DNA of 64,000 nucleotides from an uncultured Clostridia bacterium (GTDB lineage Bacteria; Bacillota; Clostridia; Oscillospirales; Acutalibacteraceae): NCBI GenBank assembly GCA_944380675.1, contig CALWIH010000002.1, positions 280 to 64,279 of the forward strand, read 5' to 3'. Shown piece by piece: positions 61,698 to 64,000 of this stretch (position 1 is its first letter; each line of letters starts with the position of its first letter). The notes under the pieces were generated by a model. It saw only the letters and a program-made list of their open reading frames with translations, ran no database searches and was not told where the DNA came from. The position numbers and the translations under genes were made by a program.

Positions 61698-62785
61698 CCG
61701 CGCCCGAGGACGCGCTGATCGAGGCCGTCGCGGCGGGGCAGACGCAGCTTCGTCTGAACCACTGCTTCGGCTCGCTCGACGCGGTGTTCAAAAACGCCCT
61801 GCAGAAGGAGCCGCGGCTGCTCGCTTTCCTCGCGGGGTATTCGTCCACGTATCAGAAAAAGGGGCTCGTGCAGCTCTGCTTCGACTATGACGTGACGCTG
61901 TGCTATCAGGAGCCGCGCCCCGCGTCGCTCGGGGAGGTCGCCGTCGATACGGGCGTCTGGGATCCCGCCCCGCTGCTGCGCAGGGGTCTCCCGAGGGAGG
62001 AAACGCTCGTCACGCAGGATCCCGCGGATGTCTCCCGAAAGCTTTCCGCGCTGCTCGGGCGTCTCCTGAGCGAGTACGAGGGCATCCATGGCTGGCGGAC
62101 GGGCGTGTCCTCGTTCGGGAAGCTTTCCCCCTATGCCGTGTGCACGGTGTCGTATGACTACCTCCTGCCGCTGCCGCAGCTCCGCCAGCTGCAGGGAAAG
62201 GCGCGCTTCGCGGCAAAGCAGATCTGGCGCTCCATCCTCGGCCGGGCGGCGGTGCCGCGGTTCGTCAAGCCGTTCCTCGCGCTGAGCTATCTCTCGCAGG
62301 AATGCGGGTATGACCAGCGCGCCTTCGACGAGGCGGCCGGCGCTTCCGACGCCGAGCCCTCCGACCCGATCCCGCACCTCGCCTACGGCCCTCTCGTGGA
62401 AAAGCGCGGCATCTGCAGCGGCCTTGCCTGGGCGTTCAAGACGCTGATGGACGAGGCCAACATCGAATGCCGCTGCGTCAGCGGAGCGCTGAAGGACGCG
62501 CCGGAGACGGGCCATCAGTGGAACCTCGTGCGGCTGGACGGCCAGCTCTACCACGTCGACCCGACCTGGGGCATCCGGGAGGAGGGCGTCTTCGTCGGCG
62601 GCCTCCTGCAGCCGGACAGCATGATGCGCGGGACGCATCTCTGGAACGCGGGCGACTATCCCGCCGCCCGTGGGATGCATTTCGGCTACGACCTCATCGA
62701 GTCGTATCTCGCGGAGAACGGAAACGAATTCCTCGACGCCGGCGCGGACGAAAGAATATTTTTCCCCGACAGGATAGTGGAATAA
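61685..62785 (+). CDS. Transglutaminase-like (papain-fold) protein
   Basis: ATG 61685 after AAGGAGG; catalytic triad GICSGLA, GHQWNLVRLDG, YHVDPTW. Confidence 0.85.
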   Translation: MGFLTAPEDALIEAVAAGQTQLRLNHCFGSLDAVFKNALQKEPRLLAFLAGYSSTYQKKGLVQLCFDYDVTLCYQEPRPASLGEVAVDTGVWDPAPLLRRGLPREETLVTQDPADVSRKLSALLGRLLSEYEGIHGWRTGVSSFGKLSPYAVCTVSYDYLLPLPQLRQLQGKARFAAKQIWRSILGRAAVPRFVKPFLALSYLSQECGYDQRAFDEAAGASDAEPSDPIPHLAYGPLVEKRGICSGLAWAFKTLMDEANIECRCVSGALKDAPETGHQWNLVRLDGQLYHVDPTWGIREEGVFVGGLLQPDSMMRGTHLWNAGDYPAARGMHFGYDLIESYLAENGNEFLDAGADERIFFPDRIVE

Positions 62786-62849
62786 GCCCGCTCTCCGCCT
62801 TTCCGCGGCGCGGCTCGCCGTGGGGGAAAGGCGGCGTGAGGCGGAACGC

Positions 62850-64000
62850 TTAGCCGGCCTCTTTGCCGGCCTCCTCCACCACCTTTTGATACGGCCCGAT
62901 GATGTACTGATTCATCTGTCCCTTCATCTTTTTCTGCACCGAGGGAATGGCCGTCAGCGCGCCCACGAGCTTCATCTGCAGAATGCGTTTTTTCTGCTTC
63001 TGGGGGAAATCATAGATGCCGTGCGCCTTGTAGAATTTGTGATCGGCCTTCATCAGCCCCCGCATCACATAAATCAGGTCGCGGAAGATCTTCATGCCGC
63101 CCACGCCGTAAAAATTGGCCGGACGGGACAGCTTTTTCTCGAGAGCGAACACGAGCGAATCGGCCAGCGTCCGGATCTCCTCCGCCGTGCCGCCCTCGTC
63201 GGTCGCAACGCCGCACAGATAGTTGCCGCCCACCTCGGCGCGGCCTTCCACGATCATTCTGAGATTGCTCTCATACCGATAGTCGCCGCTGATGAGATAG
63301 GCGATGGGCGTACCGTGCGTGACGGTGCGGTGTCCGTTGCAGAACTGCCGGTCGTCATAGCATTTAAAGCTGGAATGGGTGTAGTGGTCGGAGATGGTAA
63401 AGGCGTAGACGAAAGCGTCGGCGGTCTGGATCTTTGTCCGAAGAAACTCGTCAAAGCCGTCCTTGTAGACGCACTTGCCCGCGACAGCGCAGCCGAAGCA
63501 TCCGAGGCAGCCTCCGGAAAACGGAAAATCCCGCAGATTCACCACCCGGCTTTCATAGGGAAGCGCGGCTCTGAAATCCGCAATCATATTCCGCAGATTT
63601 TCATCGTCCGAAGCGCAGTTGGTGACGATGACGACGTCCTTCTCCGTACTTTTGGAAACGGACGGCAGCGACGGCTGATACACCGGCCTGTCCCGCTGAG
63701 GCGCCTTGGCGGGCGGCGTGACAAACACGCCGTGCTCGCAGGAGAACATCAGCTGATCGAAAAAGTTCCGGGCGTCCAGCCGCCCCTGTTCGGTGAGCAG
63801 ATCGTCCATGTCCGCGGACAGCCCCCGCACCACGCGCAGCCCGAGATCAAAGCAGTTTTCTTCGACATAGCGGTGGGCGGTCACATCGTAAAAGTGCTTG
63901 GAGGTTGTGATTTGCGACGCGAATTTCCCCGCGAGATTGACTCCGTCCGCTTTGATCAGCTCGATCAGCCGGTGAAGCTGGTAGGGAGCGACAAAGGTGT
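62850..64000 (-). CDS. NAD(P)H-dependent flavodoxin-like / iron-sulfur flavoprotein (5' end beyond the window)
   Basis: Frame stays open upstream of GTG 63884 to base 64000 (TFVAPYQLHRLIELIK...QITTSKHFYDVTAH); CLGCFGC cluster motif, CVYKDGF. Confidence 0.8.
   Translation of the reverse strand, partial: TFVAPYQLHRLIELIKADGVNLAGKFASQITTSKHFYDVTAHRYVEENCFDLGLRVVRGLSADMDDLLTEQGRLDARNFFDQLMFSCEHGVFVTPPAKAPQRDRPVYQPSLPSVSKSTEKDVVIVTNCASDDENLRNMIADFRAALPYESRVVNLRDFPFSGGCLGCFGCAVAGKCVYKDGFDEFLRTKIQTADAFVYAFTISDHYTHSSFKCYDDRQFCNGHRTVTHGTPIAYLISGDYRYESNLRMIVEGRAEVGGNYLCGVATDEGGTAEEIRTLADSLVFALEKKLSRPANFYGVGGMKIFRDLIYVMRGLMKADHKFYKAHGIYDFPQKQKKRILQMKLVGALTAIPSVQKKMKGQMNQYIIGPYQKVVEEAGKEAG

Noticed and set aside
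62795-62834. Hairpin between the convergent transglutaminase and flavoprotein genes
   Set aside because: A plausible stem (CCGCCTTTCC/GGAAAGGCGG) but no T tract on either side, so not called as a terminator.
62850-63884. GTG 63884 as the start of the flavoprotein
   Set aside because: The frame is open to the window edge with continuing protein-like sequence; the gene is 5'-truncated and appears to be ordinary metabolism outside the island.

Overview
GC-rich bacterial window, probably from a Clostridia-type monoderm Firmicute (inferred from strong AGGAGG Shine-Dalgarno sites, sigmaA-type promoters and DUF6514-, DUF600- and copper-amine-oxidase-N-like proteins). It has three blocks. (1) 1-35.3 kb: a complete extracellular contractile injection system (eCIS)-type phage-tail locus with AAA+ ATPase, DUF4255, PAAR-like DUF4280, sheath, two gp19-like tubes, a tail chaperone pair with a candidate -1 frameshift, two CIS-tube proteins, gpD, gp5 spike, gp25, two baseplate-J proteins and tail-I. 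It has its own two-component system. The main operon also carries a 9.4 kb block of membrane/secreted proteins (pseudokinase-like, pseudo-cyclase, MORN, TolC-like, coiled-coil), and no lysis, capsid or integrase genes are visible. (2) 35-43.4 kb: a partner-switching set (STAS, PP2C, RsbW-like) wrapped around a single-module C-A-T-R NRPS. An 11-bp-period TTTAGAA direct repeat occurs upstream of both the eCIS operon and this NRPS operon. A small DUF6514-like gene and an SDR follow. (3) 43.5-62.8 kb: a co-directional conflict-type locus with two Zn-ribbon GTPases, a GAP1-like partner, a private GrpE / 2x Hsp70 (one fused to vWA) / J-like chaperone set, a HerA/FtsK-type ATPase, an EsaD/YeeF-like nuclease with an EsaG/YezG-like immunity gene, and a transglutaminase-fold protein. 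A flavodoxin-like oxidoreductase runs off the right edge. I recognised no rRNA, tRNA, CRISPR array or IS element. All family assignments come from motif recognition by eye, not database searches.
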